Part shown: positions 8,947-20,420 of the stretch, piece after piece
Layout of the letters: each line of letters opens with the position of its first letter
How positions within the stretch are numbered: the stretch's first letter is position 1
DNA from: a virus
Taxonomy: Duplodnaviria > Caudoviricetes
Strand: one strand, 5' to 3'
Virus record (IMG/VR): IMGVR_UViG_3300048886_000350
Span: 1-42,657 of that record
DNA: 42,657 bases
Made by a program: the position numbers and the translations under genes
The notes under the pieces: model-generated
What the model was told of the DNA's origin: nothing
Seen by the model: only the letters and a program-made list of their open reading frames with translations
Database searches by the model: none

Positions 8947-11900
8947 ATGGCAGAATATTCAACAGCAAGTTTCGACACAGGAAGATTTGATAAAAGTGCT
9001 GGAGTTCCTCAATTAGATCAATCTAGAGGACCAGACTTAACAGCTTCTAACGAGCTAATGTCTTTTGCTAAGGGATTAGAAGGTCTAGGACAATCTATGG
9101 GTAATATGGCTATTGCCCAGAAGAATCAGGCAGCTAGAGCAGAAGCTAAGAAAAGAGCTGAGGAAGCTTTTGCTAGACAGGAAAAAACAAGAAAAGAAAA
9201 CGAAGCAAGAATAGAAGCAGAAAGATTATATACTGAGACAGGAGGTGGAAAGTCTTGGCAAGAATTATCAGAAGAAGAAAAAACAGAAATTGTTTCAGAG
9301 ATGCATGGTCCTGATAGAAGTAAACCTTATCTTGAAGATACTGATGCTTATAGAGACAATAAAACATTTGAAGAAAATTTAGCTTCTGGTGGTCTTATTA
9401 AACATGGAGAGAAAAGACACAGAACAGTTAAATCAGGAAGATATCTAACTAAAGAACAATCCCAAGATACATTACTAAAAAATGCTTACCAACAAAAAAG
9501 AACAGAAGGAGTTCTTAAAAAACAACAAGCAGATTGGGATGCAGTAGCTCCAAATTTAGTTGATAAAGTATATGATGAATGGGTACTACAAAGACTAGAT
9601 AAAGATCCTGAAACTGGTCAATATATAGGAGAAACTGATTTTACTAAGTATGCTTCAGCAAAATTAGAGTTATATAAATTAGAAAGAGCGCAAGAACATT
9701 TTGTAGGACTCCCACAATTAGGAGAAGCTTTAAAGAGAGTACCTTTGAATGATGATAAATATCTTTCTATGGTTGCTCTAAGAAAACAAGGATATGTTGA
9801 TGAATTACAGCAAAGAAATATTCAATCAGGAATAGATACTCATTTGAATGGAGAACGTCCTCTTACTGATCTTGGAAGTCCTGAATCCATTCAAGCTTTA
9901 ATTGAGCATATCTCTGTATTAGGTCCAGAAGGAAGTATTCTTAAAGGAGCAGATGGAAAAGTTATTAGAATTCATGATAGAGATGTTGTTCAACTTCAAG
10001 TAATAGATGATATTAACAGTAAAATACTTACTGCTGATTCTTCTAATGCTCCTGTATTTAAATTGATAGATGCTTTTACTGGTAAAAATGCAAAAGCTGG
10101 AAGAATGATCTATGAGAGAAGAGTTGTGGGTCCTGCTTGGTTTAAAGTTGTTGGTGAAGCAATGAAGAAAAAATCTGCTTTATTAAAACAGGAAAAGAAA
10201 GCTACAGAATCTTATAATAAAAACTTAGTTAGTAAAGCAAAAGAAAGTTCTAGTAGAATTCTAATAAATGGTGGAGCTGCTTTGGATTACCATACTATTT
10301 CTCATCAACGTGAAGGTGAAGGTGTTAAGATTGAGACTGATGAGAATGGGAAAACAACAACAACAGGAAGCCCAACTAAAATACAGGCATTACTCACAGC
10401 AAAGGCTAATCTTGACTCTAATAAAGAATTTTTTGCAACAGCAAAGATGAGTAAAGAATATAATGAGATGTCTGAAAATCTAACAAAAGCTATAAATGAA
10501 TTAGATCCTCATCATAAAGAATTTGATATTTCTAAAAGTGCAATAGGCACTAAAATGAAAAAAGAATTTATTGCTACAATTTCTGAATATAATGTAGCGC
10601 AGTTACAAGAAGAAAGAACTAAAATTAATAAAGATCTTAACGCTCATCCTGCAGTTGTAGTAATGAAACATGCAGCTATTAAAGCAAGGTATGATGAATT
10701 AGATCAGGATAGAGAAATAGTAAAAGATCAGCAAACTATAACAAAATCCGCACAAACAATTGAACAAACTAAAAATAAAAAAACAAGTAGTACAAAAACT
10801 CGTGACTATAGATCACAAATAAGAGATGAGAAAGGACAAATTCTTTCTTCAGGGAGATTAATAGCAAAATTAGAGGCTATAAAAAATGATGGAGAAATTA
10901 TTGATGAACATGCTAGTACACTAGCTACTGAATATAATGCGTTAATAGCTTCCCAACAAAAAGAAGAACATATTAAAAGAGATACAAAAAAACACACAAC
11001 ACTTTTTAAAGCCTTAACAGCTAAAGGTGTTAAAGGTAAGTTAAAAACAGAAGCTCAATGGAGAGACTTAGAAAACAAAGTAACTTCTCACCAATGGATA
11101 TCAGGGAGTCCTCAAAAAACTCAATTATTAAATCTAATTTCAGCAGGAAAAAATAAAACTGGAGATTTTGATAGACTTCAAGCTGATTTAATAAAAGAAA
11201 ATGAATATAGAACTAGATTATCTGAAAAGCTTAAACCTGTAGAGAAATCTTTAGCTGATATAGTGGGATTGGTTTCACTTCCAAAAGATGCTGAAGGAAA
11301 AATAACTATAAAACAAGCTTTAGAGGACCTAGAAACTGCACAGAAGGATTTCGGAAAGAAATTTAAAGAGATAATAGAAGAAGGTGGAACACTAGGCATC
11401 AATATTGATCATTCTGAAAGATTCCAAGATACTTACGCAAACATACTCGCACAACGTACAGAAAAAGAAAGAGCCGATGATAAAAAAAGATTGGTAAAAG
11501 AGTATGAAAAAGTTGAAGAATCAAGAGAAGCATATAAAGCAGAAAATTTAACTGATATCAGAGAAATAACAGAAAATCCACTTAAAGATTCAGATGGTAA
11601 TCCTCGTACTGCTGCTCAAGCAGTTGAAGAAATTAGAGATATTTTCGGAACTTCTATACATGAAAAGAGAACTGTAGATGGAGTAGAATTACAAGATACA
11701 AATGTATTTAGTGCAAACGAACAAGATGATTATTTAAGAAAACTTCAAGTTAGTATAAAAGAAAAAACTGATCCTTCCAAAAGAGTTTCTAAAGCTGGAG
11801 TTATTACTAGATCTTATACTCTTCAACAATATGCTAGTACTCTTAAAGGAGCAGGTGATAAGGATGCTAGAAGAATAACTCTTGAAGAAAATATAAAGCT

Positions 11901-12594
11901 TATTGAAACAGAGTATTTAAAAGGAAATCTTAGTACTGGTGACTTCAATAAGGAAAGAGGGATAATTAAAGAGCTTCTAAGATTTGGAGAAGTTAAAACA
12001 AAACCTGCATTTGCAGCAGGAGAGAATCATATCAGGTCTATATTTGCAGGACATTTAACTAAGTTCACTAACAATAAAATGTTTCTTCCTGTTAATGAAG
12101 ATGGAAAATTATATGATGCTTTATCTCAAGGTTTTAATCAGGAATTTGCTAGTATAGCTGTATCATTACAAAATGCTCCTCCAGAAGAACAATTAGCAAA
12201 AGCTTATGAAATAGCTCAAAAATATACTAAATATTATCCCGATGATAAACATCCATTAGGAAATGGACTTGGACCTCCTCCTTCAGTTAATGAGAGACTT
12301 AGACGATATTCTATGGATACTCAATCATTAATGAAGATTTATAATGCTGAGAAAAAACAAGAAATGGAAGATGAACGTAAAAAGAGGGTGTTAGGAATGC
12401 CAGGAAATCCTAAACCTATAAATAAAAAAGCATCTGAAATATCTGAAGAAGGACAACAATCTGAAATTTTTAAAGATCTTGAAAATGATCCGTTAAGTGA
12501 AAAAAGACCTCCAATTAGTCAACTATCAATATTAAGCACAATAAATGAGAACCCTCAAGGATGGGGAGCTATAACTTGGGATACGGTATCATGA
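8947..12594 (+). CDS. Internal virion (ejection) protein C-like (gp15)
   Basis: Large helical, charged ORF between the gp14-like and gp16-like genes; assigned by synteny only. ATG 8947 preferred over 8935. Confidence 0.6.
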   Translation: MAEYSTASFDTGRFDKSAGVPQLDQSRGPDLTASNELMSFAKGLEGLGQSMGNMAIAQKNQAARAEAKKRAEEAFARQEKTRKENEARIEAERLYTETGGGKSWQELSEEEKTEIVSEMHGPDRSKPYLEDTDAYRDNKTFEENLASGGLIKHGEKRHRTVKSGRYLTKEQSQDTLLKNAYQQKRTEGVLKKQQADWDAVAPNLVDKVYDEWVLQRLDKDPETGQYIGETDFTKYASAKLELYKLERAQEHFVGLPQLGEALKRVPLNDDKYLSMVALRKQGYVDELQQRNIQSGIDTHLNGERPLTDLGSPESIQALIEHISVLGPEGSILKGADGKVIRIHDRDVVQLQVIDDINSKILTADSSNAPVFKLIDAFTGKNAKAGRMIYERRVVGPAWFKVVGEAMKKKSALLKQEKKATESYNKNLVSKAKESSSRILINGGAALDYHTISHQREGEGVKIETDENGKTTTTGSPTKIQALLTAKANLDSNKEFFATAKMSKEYNEMSENLTKAINELDPHHKEFDISKSAIGTKMKKEFIATISEYNVAQLQEERTKINKDLNAHPAVVVMKHAAIKARYDELDQDREIVKDQQTITKSAQTIEQTKNKKTSSTKTRDYRSQIRDEKGQILSSGRLIAKLEAIKNDGEIIDEHASTLATEYNALIASQQKEEHIKRDTKKHTTLFKALTAKGVKGKLKTEAQWRDLENKVTSHQWISGSPQKTQLLNLISAGKNKTGDFDRLQADLIKENEYRTRLSEKLKPVEKSLADIVGLVSLPKDAEGKITIKQALEDLETAQKDFGKKFKEIIEEGGTLGINIDHSERFQDTYANILAQRTEKERADDKKRLVKEYEKVEESREAYKAENLTDIREITENPLKDSDGNPRTAAQAVEEIRDIFGTSIHEKRTVDGVELQDTNVFSANEQDDYLRKLQVSIKEKTDPSKRVSKAGVITRSYTLQQYASTLKGAGDKDARRITLEENIKLIETEYLKGNLSTGDFNKERGIIKELLRFGEVKTKPAFAAGENHIRSIFAGHLTKFTNNKMFLPVNEDGKLYDALSQGFNQEFASIAVSLQNAPPEEQLAKAYEIAQKYTKYYPDDKHPLGNGLGPPPSVNERLRRYSMDTQSLMKIYNAEKKQEMEDERKKRVLGMPGNPKPINKKASEISEEGQQSEIFKDLENDPLSEKRPPISQLSILSTINENPQGWGAITWDTVS

Positions 12595-12627
12595 TCATAT
12601 TCTACAGCAACACTATAAAGGCTACCT

Positions 12628-15600
12628 ATGAGTGAAGAAATGGAAGAAATTCTTCCTGAAGAAGAAGAAGAAAATACAGAGGTACTAATTGAAGAGCCTA
12701 CAGTAGCTGAGGAAACTTCCCAACCATCCTTAACTCCTCAACAAGAGGTGTTAGAAAATCTTCCTGAGAATGTTTATAATGAACAACAGTTTCAACAAGA
12801 AGTAGGAGAACAAGTAGAAGATAAATTTTATCAGGCATCTCTGGAATCAAGAGGATATGATTCTGAAGAAAAATCAGCTAAAGATAAAGAACAAGATCTT
12901 CTAAATCTTATGTTTAAAATCTCTGAACATCCTAACGGAGCACATCACGCAACAAATCTCATTAATAATTTTTATAAAGAAGAAGGAGATTTTAGGGATG
13001 GAGGAGTATTTGAAGATGTGGATGTTGCCAATCTCTTAAATCCTTTGAAAGAAGTATTTCCAGATATTTATGCTATTCCTGATTCTATTGGCGGAGAAGA
13101 TCCTCGTCCTGTAAGTCCAGTTGCTGATACATTCAAAGAATTCTTAGGAAGAGAGTGGAACAAACGAGAACGTCCTGTTGAAACTTTTGCAATGGATGCT
13201 GTGAGTGCTACAGGTCAGACTTTTAAAGAAATATTCTATGATGCTCCTGTTACATGGGGAATAGGTCTAATGGAAACTATAGCAGGAATAGGTGATTATG
13301 CAGCTTATATGTTTGAAGAGTCTAAAAAAGGAATCTTCACAGGATATTATGATTCTAATATTACAATAACAACAAAAGACAGAACAAATTTTAGAAAGCT
13401 TACTCGTTACCATTTCCCAAAACCAGATGAACCTCAGACTTTATTAGGTTCTCTTGCTTTATATGGTGGTGAATTTGGAGTTGCTTATGCTACAGGAAAA
13501 TTAATTTATAGTTCTATAGCTGTACCTCTTAAATCCATGTATCCTAGAATAGCGGCAGTATTAGAGAATCCAGGTGCTAATATGGCATTTAAAGAGGTAG
13601 CAGGAGGAACTGTTGTTACTACACCAGAAGCAAGATTTGCTACTGCACTTCAACAGATGGGAGTTACAGGATTTGTAACTATAGGCGAAGAAAAAATTAA
13701 ATGGATAGACTATATAGCAGGATCAAAAGATGATAGTGTATTTGAAGAACGATTCAAATCCTTTATTGATTCAGTATATACTGGAGTTGGTTTAGCAACT
13801 GTAGCTCCTTTAATTATGCTTACAGGAAAAGGAGCTTGGCATGCTTCAAGACCAGCCGTTAAAGGTTCAGTAGAAAAAGGTAAACAGGCTTTAGCTCATG
13901 GTGCATCTTATTTTGATAGAATCTTTAGAAATTTTCCTGTTGAAGAAGCAATGAGATTAGATCTTGGTGGACCACAACCAATCAAGACTAAAGAGCTTCT
14001 AAGAATTCAGAAGATTGCTAAAGAACAAATAGAGAAAGCTGGTATTAAAGAGCAGAGTAGAAATAAATTAGCAAAAAATCTAAAAAAAGTCGGAGTTAAA
14101 GTCCGTGAGAAGAATGCAGTTAAAGAGATGCTTGAAGCTCAAGGGCTTAAAATGGAAGATGATATCTTACAACCAGTTATTAAACATGAGGATGTTGAAT
14201 CTTTCTTGATTAAAAAGAAAGGCACAAAAAGAGAATGGTCAGATAGTATTAATAAAGTTATGAAGGGGATGGAGGATGGAGTAAGTTATGATGAAATTAT
14301 AGCTGGTAAGAGTGATTACTTTCCTTCACTTTATAATTTAAAAAATATTTCTGGTGAAAACAGGAAACAATCCATAGCTGAATTAGGCGAAATATTTGAT
14401 GATTTTTATAAAAATGCACGGAAATCTCATCCTGAAACTGTAATGGATGCTGCAAAGATTCGTGGTGAATTAGAGCATTTATTAGGAGGTGAGGAGAATG
14501 CTGTTAAATATCTCCAAGAATACGCACAGGGATCAGATACTCTTCCAGGATACATGTTGGCTTTACGACAATATCTTATTGAAGAAACTGTACCATTTAG
14601 AATGGCTGCAGATAATGTTGCAAATCTAAAACAAAAAGTACTTAGTGGAGAATTAAAACCAAAAGATCCTGTATATAGAAAAGCTCTATTAGAATTTTAT
14701 ACTAATACATATAAATTAATGGATGTATTGGAAGCAGATGTAAAACTAGCAGGTAATGTTGCAAGAGCTTTGGAAGCAAGAAAGATTACTGTTGGAGGAA
14801 CAGAAGGTCTTATGGATGCCATTATCACTTCTGCAAAAGATGGAGGACTTCAAGGAGAAGAACTTTTTGTTACTATAGCTCAAGCTGTTTCTGCTCATGA
14901 AGGTCCTGAAGCTTTACTGAGAGCACTTAATCAGAAAAAAGGACTGTTAGCTTATGGATTTGAAGCTCTTAAAAGTATTGCTGTAGGAGGCTTGTTAAGT
15001 AGTCCTAAGACCCTAGCTGCTGTTCCTGTTGGATTAACCACATACCTAGCAGCAAAAACCTTTGAAAATTATATAGCTGCTTCTTGGAACACAGCTGCAA
15101 AACTACTACATAAAGGACACACATTCAAAAGTGGACCATTAAAAGGTAGAAAAATAAGTACAAAAGCTTTAGGCGCAGGAAAAGGTATAAGTATGTCTCA
15201 AGCTAATGCCTACCAGTTTGGAATGGCTCAAGCTCTTTTAGAAGTCTTTGGAGGTACAGGATATTTTAAAAAGATGAAAGGTATGTCTGATGAAACAGGA
15301 GAAGCACTTGTTAAGAGATCTGCTTTTGGACAAGGAACAGAGACAGCTAAAACTCTGAAACTTGGGGATGCCACAGGAGATGCCCATGAAATGATAAAGA
15401 TGGCTGGACCTTCTAATCAAAAGATTGGTGAATGGGTTATGGCTAAAGGATTAAATGCAGATATTCTGGATGAATTACTAGGACTTCCAGAAGTAGGTTT
15501 AAAAGGTCATGGAGTAAAATTCTTTAAATTCTTAGTGAATGGTGCAGGATTTATAACTAGCGCAAACTCTCGTTTAATTATGGCTCAAGATGGTTTCTTT

Positions 15601-17466
15601 GGAACAATTCTTGAAAGAGCAGAAATACACATGCAGTCTACAAAGAGGGCTGAGGAAATATTACGAGGAAAACACAGTGCAAAAAAAGGTGTAGAATCTG
15701 CAGATAGCTTCTCAACAAAAGAACTTGTAGAAGAATCCTTTAATGTAGTTAAGAATTTACCTCCTGATGTAGCTGAAATGGCTCATAAAGGTAGAAAAAT
15801 AGGTTTAATGCAGGAACAAGCTTGGAAACCAGTTCAAGCTACCGAAGATTTTAAAAATATGGTAAGTAATAATCCAAATATTCCTGCAAATATAGGTGAG
15901 AATTTAGTTCGTACTTATGCAGCAAGTAAATTCTCTTTCATTAGAACAATGGCAAATATTTATAAGCAGACATTGACTGAAAGAGGTATAGGTAAAATAG
16001 CTACAACTCTTTTCAATGGACCTAATAGACGTAAGTTTATAAATAATGAAGCTTTTAGACAAGAAACTATGGCTAAGATAGCTTCAGGAAGTCTTTTAAT
16101 GTGGGCTGGTTGGGGATTAGGAGCTAAGTGGTTAAATGATGATGAAAAAGAAGTCTATATGGAAGGTATAGATGCTGCTAAACGTACTGGACAACAGATG
16201 AAATTGGTCACAGGAAAACCTTATGGACCTACAATAACTATGAGGGATCTTAAAACTGGTGATATAACTCATTTACCTTTAGAACGCTTAGATATGGCTA
16301 AAGCACCTCTTGTATTGGGAGCTATATTTGCTACAAAAGAAGCACAGGCTTATGAAGCCACTATGAAGATGGAAGGTACACAAAGAGCAGAAGGTTTAAG
16401 GCAATTAGAAGAAATTAATCTAAATTATTCAAGAGCTTTAACAGATTTTGTTTTGGATCTGCCTATGGCTAAAGGAGCTAGGGAAACAGTTCAAAATCTA
16501 ATTCCAGGTTTTGGTTATGAATGGGATCCTGGAAAAGAAGTTTCTCAGTTTTATGGGTTTCTGAATCCAGGACTTAGTGCTTTATCTAGTGCAAGAGCTA
16601 ATATACGAAAAATTGGAGAAGGAGGAGTCAGATATCAAAAAGAAACAGATGCCAAGAAAATGAATGTTCCTATGGGTGAGGATATTCCTGAAACTGGAAG
16701 AGTTCCTGGCACTGTTTATTGGGAAGATCAAACCTATAAAGATCAACGAGGTCAAGAAGCACCTCTTATGTCTCCTATAAAAGGACATAGTATTAATGAC
16801 CTATTAAAATTCATGAATCAAATAGATGAGGTTGCTACAAGAGTTTCTATTATTTCTTGGAACCCTCCTGATAATATGGTAGGAAGAATAATACATCGTT
16901 CTATAGGAACTAAACAATATGGTGATCCTAAATATCCTACTATTGGACAAGATCTCCATGCTGTAGTTGGTCCTGAAGGTAATATGGTAAAATATTTCCC
17001 TTCTAAAACTCATGATAAACTTGTAAGAGCTTTAAAAATCTTAGCAATTCCATTTTCTCCTGAAGTTCAAGATAGAACCAATACTGGTGATCTTATAATG
17101 GGTTTTGAAATTCCTTATGAAAAAACTGAGGAATGGAACACAGGAACAAATTATTCTCTTAATCCAGAACAAAAATATGATTGGGCAGTATTAACAGGAG
17201 AATTAAACAAACAAACTTTTAGTGGTCCCTATTGGGATGAAATCATTTTGAGGCAACGACTAGGAGAATTTGAAAGTACTCCTGAAGGAAGAGCTGAAAA
17301 AGAAATGGTGAAATATCAAATTGAACTTATGTTACAAAAAAATCGTTTAATGGGAATGCAAGAAATGATGTTACGAGAAAGAAATGGAGAATTTTTGGAA
17401 TATTGGATAAACGCAGAAACCCAAAGAACAGGAAATCCTCCCTTATTTGAAAAAGATAAATTGTAA
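12628..17466 (+). CDS. Internal virion (ejection) protein D-like (gp16)
   Basis: 1612 aa ORF immediately before the tail fibre; hydrophobic glycine-rich helices; SRLIMAQDGFF motif; synteny. Confidence 0.7.
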   Translation: MSEEMEEILPEEEEENTEVLIEEPTVAEETSQPSLTPQQEVLENLPENVYNEQQFQQEVGEQVEDKFYQASLESRGYDSEEKSAKDKEQDLLNLMFKISEHPNGAHHATNLINNFYKEEGDFRDGGVFEDVDVANLLNPLKEVFPDIYAIPDSIGGEDPRPVSPVADTFKEFLGREWNKRERPVETFAMDAVSATGQTFKEIFYDAPVTWGIGLMETIAGIGDYAAYMFEESKKGIFTGYYDSNITITTKDRTNFRKLTRYHFPKPDEPQTLLGSLALYGGEFGVAYATGKLIYSSIAVPLKSMYPRIAAVLENPGANMAFKEVAGGTVVTTPEARFATALQQMGVTGFVTIGEEKIKWIDYIAGSKDDSVFEERFKSFIDSVYTGVGLATVAPLIMLTGKGAWHASRPAVKGSVEKGKQALAHGASYFDRIFRNFPVEEAMRLDLGGPQPIKTKELLRIQKIAKEQIEKAGIKEQSRNKLAKNLKKVGVKVREKNAVKEMLEAQGLKMEDDILQPVIKHEDVESFLIKKKGTKREWSDSINKVMKGMEDGVSYDEIIAGKSDYFPSLYNLKNISGENRKQSIAELGEIFDDFYKNARKSHPETVMDAAKIRGELEHLLGGEENAVKYLQEYAQGSDTLPGYMLALRQYLIEETVPFRMAADNVANLKQKVLSGELKPKDPVYRKALLEFYTNTYKLMDVLEADVKLAGNVARALEARKITVGGTEGLMDAIITSAKDGGLQGEELFVTIAQAVSAHEGPEALLRALNQKKGLLAYGFEALKSIAVGGLLSSPKTLAAVPVGLTTYLAAKTFENYIAASWNTAAKLLHKGHTFKSGPLKGRKISTKALGAGKGISMSQANAYQFGMAQALLEVFGGTGYFKKMKGMSDETGEALVKRSAFGQGTETAKTLKLGDATGDAHEMIKMAGPSNQKIGEWVMAKGLNADILDELLGLPEVGLKGHGVKFFKFLVNGAGFITSANSRLIMAQDGFFGTILERAEIHMQSTKRAEEILRGKHSAKKGVESADSFSTKELVEESFNVVKNLPPDVAEMAHKGRKIGLMQEQAWKPVQATEDFKNMVSNNPNIPANIGENLVRTYAASKFSFIRTMANIYKQTLTERGIGKIATTLFNGPNRRKFINNEAFRQETMAKIASGSLLMWAGWGLGAKWLNDDEKEVYMEGIDAAKRTGQQMKLVTGKPYGPTITMRDLKTGDITHLPLERLDMAKAPLVLGAIFATKEAQAYEATMKMEGTQRAEGLRQLEEINLNYSRALTDFVLDLPMAKGARETVQNLIPGFGYEWDPGKEVSQFYGFLNPGLSALSSARANIRKIGEGGVRYQKETDAKKMNVPMGEDIPETGRVPGTVYWEDQTYKDQRGQEAPLMSPIKGHSINDLLKFMNQIDEVATRVSIISWNPPDNMVGRIIHRSIGTKQYGDPKYPTIGQDLHAVVGPEGNMVKYFPSKTHDKLVRALKILAIPFSPEVQDRTNTGDLIMGFEIPYEKTEEWNTGTNYSLNPEQKYDWAVLTGELNKQTFSGPYWDEIILRQRLGEFESTPEGRAEKEMVKYQIELMLQKNRLMGMQEMMLRERNGEFLEYWINAETQRTGNPPLFEKDKL

Positions 17467-17480
17467 AAAAGGAATAAACA

Positions 17481-20036
17481 ATGCCTACAGCACAAGGACT
17501 CGGTCCGTTTAGTTACGAAACCTTAGATTATAATGTCGGGAATAACTACGCATTAAATGCTGGTTCTGCTTCGGCTCCTAAGACTTTATTTGATAGTGAT
17601 AATGGAGAAACATTAGAAGTATATGCTGATGGGACGTTACTTGAAGGAACAGGTACTTCAGACTCTCTTAGTGCAGCAAATACAGCAGGAGATGGCTTCT
17701 ACGTTGATAGTTTAACGAGTCCTACTAAAATTCATTTAGTAAGTAATGTCGGTTCAGGAGAGGAAGTACTTATAAAACGTATCTCAAATCGTGCAACACC
17801 TCAAGTAGACTTTGCACCTGGATCTGTAATACGAGAACAAGACTTAGATGCCGCAACTAACCAGACTCTCCATGTAGCTCAGGAAGCTGTAGATATAGCT
17901 CTGCAAGGGATTACATTTCATGCTGGAGATTATTGGGATGCTCAACAAGATGCTACAGATAAGAAAATTAGAGGTGTACTAGCTGGTACTGCTGATAATG
18001 ATGCTACAAATGTAGGACAATTTAATACTCATGATCAACAAATAGAAGATTGGAAAGATGATACTGAGGATTACAAATTAGAAGCAGCAGATTGGGCTAC
18101 TAAAGTTAATGGTGTAGTAAATACTTATACTGATACTGCAGCTCAAAGTGATGGTACAGATCAATCTGCAAAAGCGTATGCAATCGGAGGAACAGGAGTT
18201 ACTCAGACAGCAAGTAAAGGAGCTGCAAAAGAATGGGCTGTTGGTACAGGAAGAATTGATGACCAAACTACAGGCGGATATTCTGCAAAAGAACATGCAA
18301 CAGGAACTACAGTTGCAGAAGGATCTTCAAAAGAATGGGCTACAAATGCAGGTAGTGCAGAGGTTGCAACAAGTGCAGGATATTCCTCAAAAGCATACGC
18401 ACAGGATACAGGAAATGATATTGGTTCATCTAGGGATTGGGCAACTTTAGGCACTCAAGTAGCTTCTACTGATTACTCTTCCAAGCAATATGCAGTAGGT
18501 ACTCCTCCAGATGGTTCAGCAAAGGAGTGGGCAAAAACTACAGGAGCAGTAGTAGCAGATTCAGAATACTCTGCAAAGGAATATTCACAAGGAGTTACTG
18601 CTACAGGCGGTACAGCAAAACAATGGGCATTAGGTGGTGGATCATTTGTAGAAGCTACAGAAGTTACTACAGGTTTATATTCTGCAAGAAAGTATGCAAG
18701 TGATGCATCGGCTTCTGAGGTAGCTGCCGCAAATAGTGCTGCCGCTGTAAGTCAGGTTTATGACAACTTCTCAGATGTATACCTTGGTTCAATGGCAGAT
18801 GGAGCAACGGCTGACACAGGAACCTTAACTGGTGCAAGTTGGTCTAAAGATTCGTCTTCAATTGCTTTTACAGGAACCACAGGAACTATAAGTGTAGGTC
18901 AGGAACTTACTTCTACAGGTTCAGGCTATCCTGTAGGAGCAAATATTATAGGAAGTTCAGTAAGCACCCCCTTAGTTATTTCAAATCCTTTTACAGTAGC
19001 AGGAACAGGCGCAACTCTTGACTTTGTTGGTTCTGGAATCTACGGAGCATATGATAGTGGTATAGATGGGCCTTCAACAAACAATGATGGAGATGCTTTA
19101 GTAGTTGGAAATCTCTTCTTCAACAGTACCGATAATGAAATGCGGATTTATGATGGTGCTAACTGGATAGCCGCAACTTCTGCAGGAGATACAAGCCTAT
19201 TAGAATACAAGTTTGTAACCACTTCAGGACAAGTATCAAGTAAGACCTACTCAGGAACCGCAGATGTAGGAGGAACACTTTCATATACACAAAACAATAT
19301 CATTGTCTTTATGAATGGAGTTCAACTTAAAGATACTACGGATTACACCGCAACAAACGGAACCAGCGTAGTTCTAGTAGCTGCTCCTGTAGAGAATGAT
19401 GAAATTGCAATTATAGCTTTCAAGTCCTTCACAACCGCAGATATGGTTTCCAGATCCAATGGAGGAACCTTTGCTTCAGCGGTTACGTTTAGTGCAGGAT
19501 TAGTAGCGAATACAGTAGATATTAATGGTGGAACTATTGATGGTTGTACGATTACAGGTAATATATCTGGTAATGCTGGTGGAACAGCCGCCACAGTAAC
19601 AGGTGCGGCACAGACACAGATCACATCAGTAGGGACGCTTACTGGATTAACTGTTAAAGATAGTACAGTTGCTCATGCACTTTATGACTCTACCCCAGTA
19701 ATAATTGCAGAAGGTACAGAGGCGAGAATACAGGTTATGGCGGCAGATAGTGGGGGTCAAGCAGGAGCCATCATACTATCAAGTTCTCCAACAGGAGATG
19801 GGGATAATAAACATTGGGTCTTCCATCATAATGGAGTAAACAATTCAGATAGATTAGATATTGGTTATGGTACAACGTCTTCAAATCTTGAGAATGTCGT
19901 TACAGCAGGTGCAACAAGTCCATCATTGAGCTTTGACACCTCTGGCAATGTAAGCACATCAACAACAGGCAAATTTAAACAAAAAGGAGCATTTATGCAA
20001 TCAAGCACACATCAAGCACTTACATTAGGATATTAG
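17481..20036 (+). CDS. Tail fibre protein with T7 gp17-like N-terminal anchor
   Basis: IKRIS...VDFAPGSVIREQDLD...QTLHVAQEA anchor motif, S(A/S)K(E/A/Q)(W/Y)A repeats, and VFMNGVQL....DYTATNGTSVVL domain. Confidence 0.9.
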   Translation: MPTAQGLGPFSYETLDYNVGNNYALNAGSASAPKTLFDSDNGETLEVYADGTLLEGTGTSDSLSAANTAGDGFYVDSLTSPTKIHLVSNVGSGEEVLIKRISNRATPQVDFAPGSVIREQDLDAATNQTLHVAQEAVDIALQGITFHAGDYWDAQQDATDKKIRGVLAGTADNDATNVGQFNTHDQQIEDWKDDTEDYKLEAADWATKVNGVVNTYTDTAAQSDGTDQSAKAYAIGGTGVTQTASKGAAKEWAVGTGRIDDQTTGGYSAKEHATGTTVAEGSSKEWATNAGSAEVATSAGYSSKAYAQDTGNDIGSSRDWATLGTQVASTDYSSKQYAVGTPPDGSAKEWAKTTGAVVADSEYSAKEYSQGVTATGGTAKQWALGGGSFVEATEVTTGLYSARKYASDASASEVAAANSAAAVSQVYDNFSDVYLGSMADGATADTGTLTGASWSKDSSSIAFTGTTGTISVGQELTSTGSGYPVGANIIGSSVSTPLVISNPFTVAGTGATLDFVGSGIYGAYDSGIDGPSTNNDGDALVVGNLFFNSTDNEMRIYDGANWIAATSAGDTSLLEYKFVTTSGQVSSKTYSGTADVGGTLSYTQNNIIVFMNGVQLKDTTDYTATNGTSVVLVAAPVENDEIAIIAFKSFTTADMVSRSNGGTFASAVTFSAGLVANTVDINGGTIDGCTITGNISGNAGGTAATVTGAAQTQITSVGTLTGLTVKDSTVAHALYDSTPVIIAEGTEARIQVMAADSGGQAGAIILSSSPTGDGDNKHWVFHHNGVNNSDRLDIGYGTTSSNLENVVTAGATSPSLSFDTSGNVSTSTTGKFKQKGAFMQSSTHQALTLGY

Positions 20037-20045
20037 GAGGTAATT

Positions 20046-20411
20046 ATGGCAAACCCAAGTACAGGTTTCGGAGGAGCAGGAACAGAAGTTTTAAGACGAT
20101 CTTATGTAAATAACTTATCAAGTACCGCAACAGTATTATTAGATGGTGATGCAAATCATATCTACACAATTTTGTCTGTAGTTTTCCATGAAAGAGCAGC
20201 ATCAACTGATGAACAGATAGAAATGTATGTAGATGTTGATGATTCAGGAACAACACTTAATCTTCTAACAAACCAACCTGTAGGTGCTTGGGAAACTTTT
20301 GTATTTTCAGACCGATTTGTAATGACAGAAACAGATGAATTATGGGTTAAAGTTGGTTCTGGTGCTACTGTGGATGTCTATTGTAGTTACATAGACCAAC
20401 AATTAGCATAA
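20046..20411 (+). CDS. Small tail-associated beta-rich protein
   Basis: 121 aa, strong SD (aggagg), directly after the fibre gene. Confidence 0.6.
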   Translation: MANPSTGFGGAGTEVLRRSYVNNLSSTATVLLDGDANHIYTILSVVFHERAASTDEQIEMYVDVDDSGTTLNLLTNQPVGAWETFVFSDRFVMTETDELWVKVGSGATVDVYCSYIDQQLA

Positions 20412-20420
20412 GGAGAAACC

